Of a DNA stretch of 64,000 bases, positions 29,924 to 39,969 are shown piece after piece (position 1 is the first letter of the stretch; every line of letters starts with the position of its first letter). A program made the translations under genes and the position numbers. The notes beneath the pieces are model-generated. The model was given only the letters and a program-made list of their open reading frames with translations. It ran no database searches and was not told where the DNA came from. The DNA is from an uncultured Mycoplasma sp. (GTDB taxonomy: Bacteria; Bacillota_I; Bacilli_A; RF39; UBA660), in contig CAMNSE010000001.1 of the NCBI GenBank assembly GCA_946554525.1, positions 100,471-164,470 of the forward strand, written 5' to 3'.

Positions 29924-31597
29924 ATGAAAAATAATAATGGAACTACATCCATTGTTGCTTTAGGTGGCTTGGGTGAAGTTGGTAAAAATATGTATGTTGT
30001 AACTCATAATGAAGAGTTATTTATTATTGATGCTGGAGTTATGTTTCCAGAAGATGATTTACTTGGTGTAGATTATGTTATTCAAGATGTTACTTATTTA
30101 AAACAAAATGAAGAGAAGATTAAAGGACTTATTATTACTCATGGACATGAAGATCATATTGGAGGAATATCTTTTCTTTTAAATAGTGTTAATATTCCTA
30201 AAATATATGCTTCAAAAATAGCCTCAGATTTAATTATTAAAAAACTTATAGATCGGAATATGAAATATGATAATATAGAGATTGTAACCGAAGATAGTGT
30301 TATTAAATCAAAATATTTTAACGTTGAATTCATTGGTACTACGCACTCTATCCCAGGATCTTTTGCAATTGCAATTCATACGCCTAATGGTGTAATATTT
30401 GAAACGGGAGATTTTAAATTTGATTTAACTCCAATTGGGCCTGTTGCCAATATTCATAAAATGGCAGAAATTGGAAAAAAAGGTGTTACTCTTTTGCTAA
30501 GTGACTCCACTAACGCTTTATCAGAGGGTTTTTCAAAAAGTGAATCTAGTGTTGATGAAGCTTTAAATGATATTGTTTCAAGACATTACGGTCGTGTAAT
30601 TATTGCAACATTTGCTTCTAATATTTTCCGTATTAAACATATAGTTGAAACATGTCGTAAAAATAATCGTAAAATCATTATTTTTGGGCGTTCTATGGAG
30701 ACAAGCATTGAACTAGCAATTAATAATGGATTAATTGAAGACAAAACAATTTTTATTGATAATAATCAAGCAAAAAATATGAAGAAAAATGAGATTTGTA
30801 TATTATGCACTGGAACACAAGGAGAACCGCTTGCTGCCCTATCTCGTATTGCGAATGGTGTCCATAAGCAAATCACATTGATGCCAGATGATTTAGTAGT
30901 GTTTTCATCTTCTCCTATTCCAGGAAATGCCGCATCTATAAATAAAGTCATTAATAAGCTTTATTTAAAAGGCGTAAAAGTATATACAAATAGAACTTTT
31001 AGCGATGTTCACACTTCTGGACATGCAAAAGAAGAAGAGCTTAAATGGATGCTTAGAATTATTAATCCCAAATATTTTATGCCAATGCATGGTGAGTATC
31101 GAATGTTAAAACAACATGGTGAGATTGCAACAACCTGCGATATTCCTAAAGAAAATATCTTTATTTGCAAAAATGGGGATGTTCTTAATATAGATAATGG
31201 TATTGTTACTCGCGGTGAGGCTGTAAAAAGTGGGGATGTTTACGTTGATGGATCTCGTATTGGAGATGTTGGAAGTCAAATTATTAAAGATCGAAAGCTT
31301 ATGAGTAGTGATGGTATTTTAGTAACTATATTAAATATTAATACCTTAACTAGAAAGCTTTTAATTAAGCCAAATGTTACAACTAGAGGATTTATAATGG
31401 TTAATGAAAATCCGGAATTAATTAATAAAATTGAAAGAAAAATTACAGAAATAGTTAATAAATCATTATCAAGTAGTACTTATAGCTACACCGATTTAAA
31501 AAATCAGATAATTTTAGAACTTCATCCGTTCATAAATGATCTTACTGGGCGTAGGCCTATTATATTGCCAGTTATTATGGAAGTTAATCAAGCTTAA
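29924..31597 (+). CDS. rnjA: Ribonuclease J1
   Basis: LGGLGEVGKNM, THGHEDHIG, THSIP, HTSGH and PMHGEYR motifs. Confidence 0.95.
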   Translation: MKNNNGTTSIVALGGLGEVGKNMYVVTHNEELFIIDAGVMFPEDDLLGVDYVIQDVTYLKQNEEKIKGLIITHGHEDHIGGISFLLNSVNIPKIYASKIASDLIIKKLIDRNMKYDNIEIVTEDSVIKSKYFNVEFIGTTHSIPGSFAIAIHTPNGVIFETGDFKFDLTPIGPVANIHKMAEIGKKGVTLLLSDSTNALSEGFSKSESSVDEALNDIVSRHYGRVIIATFASNIFRIKHIVETCRKNNRKIIIFGRSMETSIELAINNGLIEDKTIFIDNNQAKNMKKNEICILCTGTQGEPLAALSRIANGVHKQITLMPDDLVVFSSSPIPGNAASINKVINKLYLKGVKVYTNRTFSDVHTSGHAKEEELKWMLRIINPKYFMPMHGEYRMLKQHGEIATTCDIPKENIFICKNGDVLNIDNGIVTRGEAVKSGDVYVDGSRIGDVGSQIIKDRKLMSSDGILVTILNINTLTRKLLIKPNVTTRGFIMVNENPELINKIERKITEIVNKSLSSSTYSYTDLKNQIILELHPFINDLTGRRPIILPVIMEVNQA

Positions 31598-31620
31598 TCT
31601 GTTAAAGATTAAGCTTTTAT
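31590..31620 (+). terminator. Intrinsic terminator after rnjA
   Basis: AAGCTTAATCT-gttaa-AGATTAAGCTT followed by T residues. Confidence 0.7.
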
Positions 31621-31686
31621 ATAAATTTTTTTAGTGGACAAATTATGTTAATTTCTGTATAATATTTTTTATTAAGGAGTGTTATT

Positions 31687-32580
31687 ATGTTATTAAAAAA
31701 TTCTATGGGAAAGCCATTTGCACCAGTATACTATAAGCGAAAAAATATCCTACAACGCATTACAAAGGACTATGGCTTGGTAGTGGAATACGATGATTGT
31801 TTCATTTGTCACATAACTCAACAATCAATTGATAAAATTGGAATGAATACTTTTATTACGATTTGCTTAAATGGAATCCCAATTTCACAAGAAAATGAAA
31901 CATTAGGATTAAATAAGCCAATTCGCTATATTTTTAATGGAATTATCTTACCACCTATAAGGGTGACTGCAAATAACTGCTCTGTAACATTTAAAAATTG
32001 TACATTTGATGGCAGATTAATTCTGCTAGGTAATGGACATTTCTTGTTAGAAAATAATCGGTTTGGTCTTTTAGATTTTGATGCAGATGTAGATAGCCTT
32101 TCTTTTTTTAATGATCCAAACTATTATATTCACAGTAAAAGATTGAATGTACATGCTAAAAAAATGGCATTTAGAGATTTTAGAAATTTGAATTTTAGAG
32201 GAGAATTCGAAGCTAAGCTTAGTGCAACCGATATAAAATTTGAACATTCGAATTTTGGCGCTGATGCTGTTAATATAAACTCTGAACATATTTCATCTAC
32301 TGGTAGTGTAATAAAAGCAAATGAGATCGTAATTCAAAATAGTGGATATGATTTAGATCCTGAATCTTTAAAGCTGGATTCTTTATTTATACATTATAAT
32401 AGTAAATTAAATTTGTTGGACCCTAAAGAAGATATTCCTGATATACAAAAAAGACATGAAAAAAGGAAAACTTTAGTACAATTACTGCACAATATGCAAG
32501 TTGCCAAAGCTGCAAAAATTGTTCAAGAAACCCAAAAATATAAAAAAGAATTAGAACAACAACCAATTAGTAAACTTTAA
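31687..32580 (+). CDS. Hypothetical protein, possible beta-helix/solenoid region
   Basis: AAGGAG RBS; alternating beta-strand pattern such as VTFKNCTF. Confidence 0.6.
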   Translation: MLLKNSMGKPFAPVYYKRKNILQRITKDYGLVVEYDDCFICHITQQSIDKIGMNTFITICLNGIPISQENETLGLNKPIRYIFNGIILPPIRVTANNCSVTFKNCTFDGRLILLGNGHFLLENNRFGLLDFDADVDSLSFFNDPNYYIHSKRLNVHAKKMAFRDFRNLNFRGEFEAKLSATDIKFEHSNFGADAVNINSEHISSTGSVIKANEIVIQNSGYDLDPESLKLDSLFIHYNSKLNLLDPKEDIPDIQKRHEKRKTLVQLLHNMQVAKAAKIVQETQKYKKELEQQPISKL

Positions 32581-32647
32581 ATTAAAAAAGATCAAAATTA
32601 GTTTTTTGATTTTTTTATTATGTACTAAAATACATTTAAAAAGAAGC

Positions 32648-34201
32648 TTATCTAGCTTCTTCAATTGCTCTTGTTTCGCGAATAACATTAATTTTAATAG
32701 TTCCAGGATATTGCATCTCAGATTCAATGCGCTCTTTTATGTCTCTTGCCATTTTGAAACTTTTTGCATCATCTACTTCATCTGGTTTTACCATAACTCT
32801 AATTTCACGTCCTGCTTGAACAGCAAATGTTTTTTCAACGCCTTCAAACGAATTTCCAATTTCTTCAAGTTGTGTTAAACGTTGCATGTAATTTTCCATT
32901 GAATCATTTCTTGCCCCTGGGCGAGCAGCAGATAATGTATCTGCAATTTCAACTAATACCGAAATAACATTAGTTGCTTCCTTATCTCCATGATGGGATT
33001 CTATTGCATTAATTACAACATCATCTTCATGATACTTACGAGCTTGTTCAGCGCCTATTTCTACATGGCTTCCTTCAATTTCAAAATCAATTGATTTTCC
33101 AATATCATGTAATAGTCCCGCTCTTTTTGCTAAAGCGATATTTTCTCCTAATTCTTGAGCCATTAAGCCTGTTAAGTTGGCAACTTCAATTGAATGTTGT
33201 AAAGCATTTTGACCATAGCTTGAACGGTATTTTAATTTACCAACCAAATTAATTAGTTCTGGCTCCATTTTTGCAATTCCTAAATCATAAATTGTTTGAT
33301 TACCAACTTCCATAATTTTAGTGTTAATATCTTTAGAAACTTTATCGTATACTTCTTCAATGCGGGCTGGATGAATCCTTCCATCTTTGATTAAAGTTTC
33401 AATTGTTACTTTTGCAATTTCTCTACGAAGTGGATCAAATGATGAAATAACAATTGCTTCCGGAGTGTCATCAATAATTAAATCCACACCAGTTACGGAT
33501 TCAATTGTACGAATATTTCTACCTTCTCTACCAATTAATCTTCCTTTCATCTCATCGCTTGGCAAATCAATTGTGCTTACTGTCTGCTCACTTGCAACGT
33601 CTTCACTATAGCGTTCCATTGATGAAACAATAATCTGCTTTGCTTTTTCATGTGCTTCAATCTTCGCTTTTCTTTCTTCTTCTTTGATGTATTCCGCTAT
33701 TTCACGAGCCATATCCTCTTCTACTCTTTTCATGATTAAATCATGAGCTTTTTCTTTTGAAAATTTTGCAATTTTTTCAAGTTCTTCAAGTTCCCTTTTC
33801 AAGACTTCATCCATTTTAAACTCTTTTTCTTGCATTTCTTTTTGTTTTGCTAATAAATTATTTTCTTTTTCTTCTAAGTTAGAATCTCTTTTTTGTAGCA
33901 TTTCTTCTCTTTTATCAAGGGATGCTTCACGTTGCATAAGTCTGCTTTCAGATTCCTTCATTTCAGCTTTCTTTTCTCTTATTTCTTTTTCTACTTCTTG
34001 TTTCAACCGATAAGATTCTTCTTTTATTTCCATTAAAGAATCTCTTTTATGTTTATCTGCTTCTTTCTTTGCTTCTTCAATAAATTTACTAGCTTTCTTT
34101 TCATTTTGAGAGTGACGTAAAAAGCCAATAATGCTTACTGTCACAGTGCCTACAAAAAGACCGATTACAAGAGTTAAAATGGACATTGTGTTAAATTCCA
34201 T
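32648..34201 (-). CDS. rny: Ribonuclease Y
   Basis: N-terminal TM, coiled coil, KH motif (MKGRLIGREGRNIR) and HD motif (LLHDIGK). Confidence 0.97.
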   Translation of the reverse strand: MEFNTMSILTLVIGLFVGTVTVSIIGFLRHSQNEKKASKFIEEAKKEADKHKRDSLMEIKEESYRLKQEVEKEIREKKAEMKESESRLMQREASLDKREEMLQKRDSNLEEKENNLLAKQKEMQEKEFKMDEVLKRELEELEKIAKFSKEKAHDLIMKRVEEDMAREIAEYIKEEERKAKIEAHEKAKQIIVSSMERYSEDVASEQTVSTIDLPSDEMKGRLIGREGRNIRTIESVTGVDLIIDDTPEAIVISSFDPLRREIAKVTIETLIKDGRIHPARIEEVYDKVSKDINTKIMEVGNQTIYDLGIAKMEPELINLVGKLKYRSSYGQNALQHSIEVANLTGLMAQELGENIALAKRAGLLHDIGKSIDFEIEGSHVEIGAEQARKYHEDDVVINAIESHHGDKEATNVISVLVEIADTLSAARPGARNDSMENYMQRLTQLEEIGNSFEGVEKTFAVQAGREIRVMVKPDEVDDAKSFKMARDIKERIESEMQYPGTIKINVIRETRAIEEAR

Positions 34202-34315
34202 TTTAATATCTCCTTATCTATATAGATTATTTTAATTAATATTCTATAATTTAATTATAAAGGTAATTTTAAGATTACGCAACAAAAAAATGCAATTTCC
34301 TTTTGCATTTTCTTT

Positions 34316-35685
34316 TTAAAAATATAAAATGTTAGCGAGTATAATCCCTAAGATAATTGTTATAGCAGGTATTAATATCATTAATATATTAATACTGCCT
34401 CTCTTTGGCTGTTCTTCTGTTATCTGATATCCACTTAGTATTTCTTTTTCTTGATTTAAATTATTCTGTTCTTTTTTTATTTCAATTCTATTTTTTAATT
34501 CTTCTAATGATCCAGTAAAATCTTCTAAATAAATAATATAATATACCTTAGTAGGTAATTTTATATTAAGTAGATCGTTAATCTTTAGACTGTTTAAATA
34601 TAAAATTTCACCTATACTTTGTGGTAATGTTAAACCTTGGGCTGTAGTTAAACTGCTCAAATTTAAATGTCCGCCTATACTTTGTGGAAATATTAAGCCT
34701 TTGGCCGAAGTTAAATTACTTAAATATAAAGTTCCACCTATGTTTTGAGGAAATGTTAAATCTTCAGCCGAGGTTAAACTTCTTAAATCTAAATACCAGC
34801 CAATACTTTGTGGGAATATTAATCCTTTAGCTGATATTAAATCACTTAAATTAACATCTCCTTTAACATAGATTAGGCTCTCTGATAAATCTTCTGAATT
34901 ATAAATATTTCCTAAATATACTTTTATTTTATCTTTGTTTCTTCTTAATTCTTCTATATCACTTGCTACTTCTTCTGGTTTACAGTTAAATATTGCCGAG
35001 TAGTCTTCTTTTTCATTTCTTTTTTGTTTAAATATAAGTATTCATATATTGTTTTGAATGATTCACTTCTTACTAATCTTGCTAGTTCTTCATCTTCTAG
35101 CCTTTCTCTTTTTAAATGTTTCTTTAAATATTCGATACTTTTTCCTACTAATTCAGAATCGATACTTATGAATGGTTCTACGGTATCTTTACTTCGCTTA
35201 TTAAATCCACTTTTTTCTTTATTTAATACTCCTATTTTTACCATTCCCATGAAGGCCCATACTTTGCCCCACATTGGTAAGTAATCTGAGTCACTACTCA
35301 TAAAGTAGTTTAACCATCCATCTATTGAACTTTTTTGTGCTTCTATTATTCTTCTTGTATGTTCCCTTTTTAACTCTCTTTCTATTTCATTTGTTGGGTT
35401 TACTAGATTTACATGTCCTTGTCCTTCATCTAGATATTCTTCCTCTAAATATCTCCAATAGTTTTCGCTTATATCACTTTCTTTTATTACATATCTCTTA
35501 TAATACAGTTCTTTTATTCTTCTTATTCTTTCTTCTTGTTCTCTTACCTTTTCATTTACTCTTTCTATTTTTTCAAAATACGCATCGGCAAGTTCTTTCT
35601 TTTCTTTGGACATGCTTGCTTGTTTGGTTACGATATTTTCTTTTAACAACAAGTCATACAAGCTTTTTATAAACTTATCTTCCAT
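34316..35685 (-). pseudogene. Split (-1 frameshifted) gene: helical N-domain + 22-aa LRR-like repeats + C-terminal TM
   Basis: Frame A (ATG 35685, AAGGAGG RBS) stops at 34966. The -1 frame is open from 35041 to 34316 and has no RBS/start of its own before the repeats. Confidence 0.7.
34590..34865 (-). repeat. About 4 tandem 66-bp coding repeats (LxLxsLTSAxGLxFPQSIGG)
   Basis: Units: NLSDLISAKGLIFPQSIGWY / LDLRSLTSAEDLTFPQNIGGT / LYLSNLTSAKGLIFPQSIGGH / LNLSSLTTAQGLTLPQSIGEI. Confidence 0.85.
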
Positions 35686-35768
35686 ATCCCTTGCCTCCTT
35701 ATTATTTTTAATATAGCATTTTTTTAATTTTTGCGCCATAAAAAAAGAAAAGAGAATTCTCTCTTTCA

Positions 35769-36809
35769 CTATTTACTTTCTGGTTTTTTAGAAGATTCTT
35801 TTGTTTCATCAAAGCCATAATGTGCTCTAACTTGTGATTCTATTTCATTTTTTAATTCGGGATTTTCTTTTAAATAAATTTTAACATTTTCTTTGCCCTG
35901 GCCAATTTTTTCACCATTGTAAGAATACCAAGCTCCACTTTTGTCTAAAATGTCTAAAGATGCAGCAATATCAATTAATTCTCCTTCTCTTGATATTCCT
36001 TCACCATACATAATGTCTACACTGGCAGTTTTAAATGGAGGCGCTACTTTATTTTTAACTACTTTAATATTTGTTTTATTTCCAACAATTTGATCTCCCA
36101 TTTTTATTTGTTCTGCTCTTCTAATATCCAAACGAATTGTTGCATAGAATTTTAAAGCTCGTCCTCCTGGTGTTGTTTCTGGATTTCCAAACATTACCCC
36201 AACTTTTTCTCTTAACTGATTAATAAAAATTGCTGTAGTTTTAGTTTTATTAATTGTTCCTGATAATTTTCTTAATGCTTGACTCATTAATCTTGCTTGA
36301 AGTCCTACATGTGAATCTCCCATTTCGCCATCAATTTCAGCTTGTGGAACTAATGCTGCTACGGAATCAATAACTACAATATTTACAGCTTCACTTCTAA
36401 CTAATGCTTCGCAAATTTCTAAGGCTTGCTCTCCAGTATCTGGTTGAGATAATAATAACTCATTAATATCTACGCCTAAAGCTTTTGCATAAACGGGATC
36501 TAGCGCATGCTCTGCATCAATAAACGCTGCACGTCCACCTTGTTTTTGAACTTCTGCAATAGCTTGTAATGCAATCGTAGTTTTACCAGAAGATTCAGGT
36601 CCATATATTTCTATAATTCTCCCTTTTGGAAATCCTCCTACTCCTAAAGCTATGTCAAGTGATAAAGAGCCACTGGACGTTACATCTATTTTTGTATGCT
36701 CTTCACTTCCTAGTTTCATAATTGCCCCTGCACCAAATTGTTTCTCTATATCGGCTAAAACTTGTTCTAGTGCTTTATCTTTATCCTTTATATCCTTTAC
36801 TTGTTTCAT
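35769..36809 (-). CDS. recA: Recombinase A
   Basis: [30 protein letters not shown] and KNKVAPPF motifs. Confidence 0.99.
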   Translation of the reverse strand: MKQVKDIKDKDKALEQVLADIEKQFGAGAIMKLGSEEHTKIDVTSSGSLSLDIALGVGGFPKGRIIEIYGPESSGKTTIALQAIAEVQKQGGRAAFIDAEHALDPVYAKALGVDINELLLSQPDTGEQALEICEALVRSEAVNIVVIDSVAALVPQAEIDGEMGDSHVGLQARLMSQALRKLSGTINKTKTTAIFINQLREKVGVMFGNPETTPGGRALKFYATIRLDIRRAEQIKMGDQIVGNKTNIKVVKNKVAPPFKTASVDIMYGEGISREGELIDIAASLDILDKSGAWYSYNGEKIGQGKENVKIYLKENPELKNEIESQVRAHYGFDETKESSKKPESK

Positions 36810-36875
36810 ATTTTTAATCCTTTCTTTACTACATTCTCATTTTAATATATAATTATTTATTTGTCAAGCTTTTTT

Positions 36876-36889
36876 CGAACATTTGTATA
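36876..36889. promoter_or_regulatory. LexA (SOS) box upstream of recA
   Basis: CGAACATTTGTATA, a variant of CGAAC-N4-GTTCG, next to a minus-strand TTGACA-N17-TAAAAT promoter. Confidence 0.7.
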
Positions 36890-37012
36890 TATTCGACAAA
36901 AAATACGATTTAACTAGTAAAATAAATAGATGCCTATTTAGTGTAAAGTTATAATCCGATTGTTTGCATATTTATTTAAATAATGGTAAAATAAGATTGT
37001 GGAGTGATATTT

Positions 37013-37399
37013 ATGGAAAACATTGAAAAAAAGATGACAGAAGCTTTTACTATAAACAATTATCAAGGTACAAAAGAAGAAAAGTTAGCATTAAGAGACT
37101 TAGCTACTCAAATGTCTTTAGCAACCGATATTCAATTTGGTAAGTCTGAAGAATCAGCTATAAATTTTAAAACAATATTTAATGAGCTTTTAGGATTAAG
37201 TCCTGAAGATTTAGAAAAGGGAATGCTACCAGCTATTGAAAGACTTTTCATGAAAAGAGTTAATGCTGTTATGGACTTCGCTAGTGCAAGATTGTGGTAT
37301 GAAAGCAATAAAGAAGCATTTGATGCCGCGTATGGTGCAGTTCTCGACTACATGAATCTAAATCATCCTGAAATGTTATCAGAAACTAGAGCAATCTAG
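37013..37399 (+). CDS. Hypothetical helical protein
   Basis: GGAG RBS; ORF with its own upstream promoter-like sequence. Confidence 0.65.
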   Translation: MENIEKKMTEAFTINNYQGTKEEKLALRDLATQMSLATDIQFGKSEESAINFKTIFNELLGLSPEDLEKGMLPAIERLFMKRVNAVMDFASARLWYESNKEAFDAAYGAVLDYMNLNHPEMLSETRAI

Positions 37400-37460
37400 T
37401 TTTTAATTTGCATTTTTTTCATAATGTGTTAAAATATTAAAAAATTAAAGGAGAGAAATT

Positions 37461-38351
37461 ATGCCAGCATATATTTCACATGCAATTTTTGGTCATTCTT
37501 TATATCAAACTGGAGACCATGATGAAAAAATATTTAAAGTAAAAATTAATCCAGAGTCTTTAAAAACCTACTCATTAGGAATCGATCTAGCTACACTTTG
37601 TATTGATGTTCATAGTGTAAAAACTCAAGCATTCTTACTTAATCTTATTAAAACTATTAAAGACTATCATTTAGAAGAAAATGAAGAAGTTTTAGCTTTT
37701 TTATATGGGCATATTAGTCATTTCTTTATGGATACTAACATACATCCTTTAATATTTTATATTGAAAAGGGCTGCAAAAAAACAAATATTTTTGATCCTC
37801 ATACTTTAATAGAAGGCTACATTAGTGAATATTTAGCTTACCAAATTTTAAACTGTGATGTTATGACAGTTAAAAGCAATTTTTTTAATCAAGCAGATTT
37901 AAATAATCCAGATGTTGCTCGCCTAATTAATTCTGAATATAAAAGAATCTATAATCAGCCTAACATTTTAAGTTGTTACAAAAGGACAATTAGATTGCTT
38001 ACTGTCCTAGAATCTTTTATTAAAAACTTTACCTCTAAAGACATGCTTTTATGGATTGCTTCATTTCAAAATTTTTTAGATAAAAATAAATTAACCCGCG
38101 AAGAGATTCATAATAGTGCGAACGCGTCTTGGAAAAATCCAGTTACTGGCGAAGTTCATTATAAAAGCTTAATAGACTTATATTATAGATCTTTAGAAAT
38201 GACTCTATATGCCATTTTAAAAGTTAATGCTTATTTATATGATAATGCTCCATTGTCTACATTAGAAGGCATTTTCCCAAATATATCATATGATACAGGA
38301 GTAGATATATCAAAAGGATTTGATATGGCATATACTAGAAAAAGAAGATAA
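37461..38351 (+). CDS. Zn-dependent phospholipase C / P1-nuclease-like protein
   Basis: MPAYISH at the N-terminus, then H, YGHISHFFMD...HP and HxxxE. Confidence 0.7.
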   Translation: MPAYISHAIFGHSLYQTGDHDEKIFKVKINPESLKTYSLGIDLATLCIDVHSVKTQAFLLNLIKTIKDYHLEENEEVLAFLYGHISHFFMDTNIHPLIFYIEKGCKKTNIFDPHTLIEGYISEYLAYQILNCDVMTVKSNFFNQADLNNPDVARLINSEYKRIYNQPNILSCYKRTIRLLTVLESFIKNFTSKDMLLWIASFQNFLDKNKLTREEIHNSANASWKNPVTGEVHYKSLIDLYYRSLEMTLYAILKVNAYLYDNAPLSTLEGIFPNISYDTGVDISKGFDMAYTRKRR

Positions 38352-38406
38352 TTTTAAATTACTATAAAAAATCAGTACTAATACCTTCTTTTTTTCATAT
38401 ATTTAT

Positions 38407-38597
38407 TTGACATATTTTAAAAAATGTGTATAATTATTAGTACAAGTACATGGCAGTGCTTTATTCTGTTTATAACGTGTTTATTACATTTTGTCTAAAA
38501 GTAGTTAGGACTGCCCTAATCGAAATTACTTAAATAAACTCCCTATAAAGAGAAAAAGCATCCTTTGTATTTAATTTAATAGAAAGGAGAATATTAA
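38407..38597 (+). promoter_or_regulatory. rpsD promoter and long leader (probable S4 autoregulatory leader)
   Basis: TTGACA-N16-TATAAT at 38407-38434, then ~155 nt untranslated. Autoregulation is inferred from B. subtilis rpsD. Confidence 0.55.
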
Positions 38598-39200
38598 ATG
38601 GCAAGATATACTGGTCCAGCTTATAAAAAATCTAGAAGACTTAATTTCTCTACATTAGAGAATGGTAAAGATTTAGCTAAGCGTCCTTATGCTCCAGGTC
38701 AACATGGAAATGACAGAAGAAAAAAATTAAGCGAATATGGTGTTCAATTACAAGAAAAACAAAAAGTAAGAATCATGTATGGCTTAAACGAGAAACAATT
38801 TCATCGTCTATTTGACCGCGCTTCAAAAATGAAGGGTGTTGCAGGCGAAAATATGTTAAAACTTCTTGAATCAAGACTTGATAATGTGGTTTATCGTATG
38901 GGGCTTGCAAATACAAGACGTGGTGCTAGACAAATTGTTAACCATGGTCATATAACTGTTAACGGCATTAAAGTAAACATTCCTTCTTACTCTTGTAAGC
39001 CAGGAGATGTTATAGCTGTTAAAGAAAACTCTTTAGACCATCCAGCTATTAAAGCTAGCTTGGAAGCTAATGTTAAATGCCCAGCTTTTGTTTCTTTTGA
39101 TAAAAACAAAATGACAGGAACTTACGTAAGATATCCTGAAAGAAGCGAGCTTAATCAAGAAATTAATGAATCACTTATCGTTGAATTTTACAACAGATAA
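38598..39200 (+). CDS. rpsD: 30S ribosomal protein S4
   Basis: [23 protein letters not shown] and IVEFYNR motifs. Confidence 0.99.
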   Translation: MARYTGPAYKKSRRLNFSTLENGKDLAKRPYAPGQHGNDRRKKLSEYGVQLQEKQKVRIMYGLNEKQFHRLFDRASKMKGVAGENMLKLLESRLDNVVYRMGLANTRRGARQIVNHGHITVNGIKVNIPSYSCKPGDVIAVKENSLDHPAIKASLEANVKCPAFVSFDKNKMTGTYVRYPERSELNQEINESLIVEFYNR

Positions 39201-39201
39201 T

Positions 39202-39229
39202 AAAAAGCTACTAGAAATAGTAGTTTTTT
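39202..39229 (+). terminator. Intrinsic terminator after rpsD
   Basis: AAAAAGCTACTA-gaaa-TAGTAGTTTTTT. Confidence 0.8.
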
Positions 39230-39261
39230 GTTGCTAAAAAAGATGGATACTAAAATCCATC

Positions 39262-39912
39262 TTAAATAATATCGATTCCGCCAAAGACACATGTGTAATT
39301 TAAATAAATGGTTACTTTAGCATCAGAGTTTTCGTCATATTTGTTATCAACTCCACCAAAAATTGGAACACCATTAATTTTTAGATTGACTCCTTCAGGT
39401 AATTTTAAATCAATTCCGCCAAAAATAGAAATGCATTCAATTACTACATCTTTGTCTATTTTAGCTTTTCTAAGATCAAGTTCAATGCCACCAAAAACAG
39501 TTGTCGCTGTAAAGTCGCTTTCTAATTTCATGATTTTTTCATCAATACCAGAGAAAACTGCAACATAACTTTTACTGTTAGCTTTATCGATTGTTTTCTC
39601 TCTTTTAGGTATAAATATTAATCTTAAGCCAAAAATGATTATAATAACAGGAACAATGATTTTCCAAATCATACTCCATGCAATAATATCTTGAGCTGCT
39701 AATAAAAGCAATATACCAACAGTTAAAGAAATAAATGAGCCAGTAAATGATTCTTTTTTAAATAAACCATAAACAGATGGTATAATAATAAATAAACTCC
39801 ACCAACCTTTAAAGAATATTTCTACTTGCCACCAGTCTAAATTATTTCCTAAAAAAATTAAGCCTATAACAATTAAAATGATCCCCCAAAATATTTTATC
39901 TAGTTTTTTCAT
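39262..39912 (-). CDS. LiaF-like membrane protein
   Basis: Four TM helices followed by repeated VFGG/IFGG strands. Confidence 0.8.
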   Translation of the reverse strand: MKKLDKIFWGIILIVIGLIFLGNNLDWWQVEIFFKGWWSLFIIIPSVYGLFKKESFTGSFISLTVGILLLLAAQDIIAWSMIWKIIVPVIIIIFGLRLIFIPKREKTIDKANSKSYVAVFSGIDEKIMKLESDFTATTVFGGIELDLRKAKIDKDVVIECISIFGGIDLKLPEGVNLKINGVPIFGGVDNKYDENSDAKVTIYLNYTCVFGGIDII

Positions 39913-39969
39913 ATAAAACTAAAACTCCTTTCATTATATGGATTATATCATAAAAAAAGAAAAAAATAA

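Noticed and set aside
34590-34865. 66-bp repeats as a CRISPR array
   Set aside because: They are tandem, codon-degenerate coding repeats without spacers. No cas genes or CRISPR array were seen in the window.
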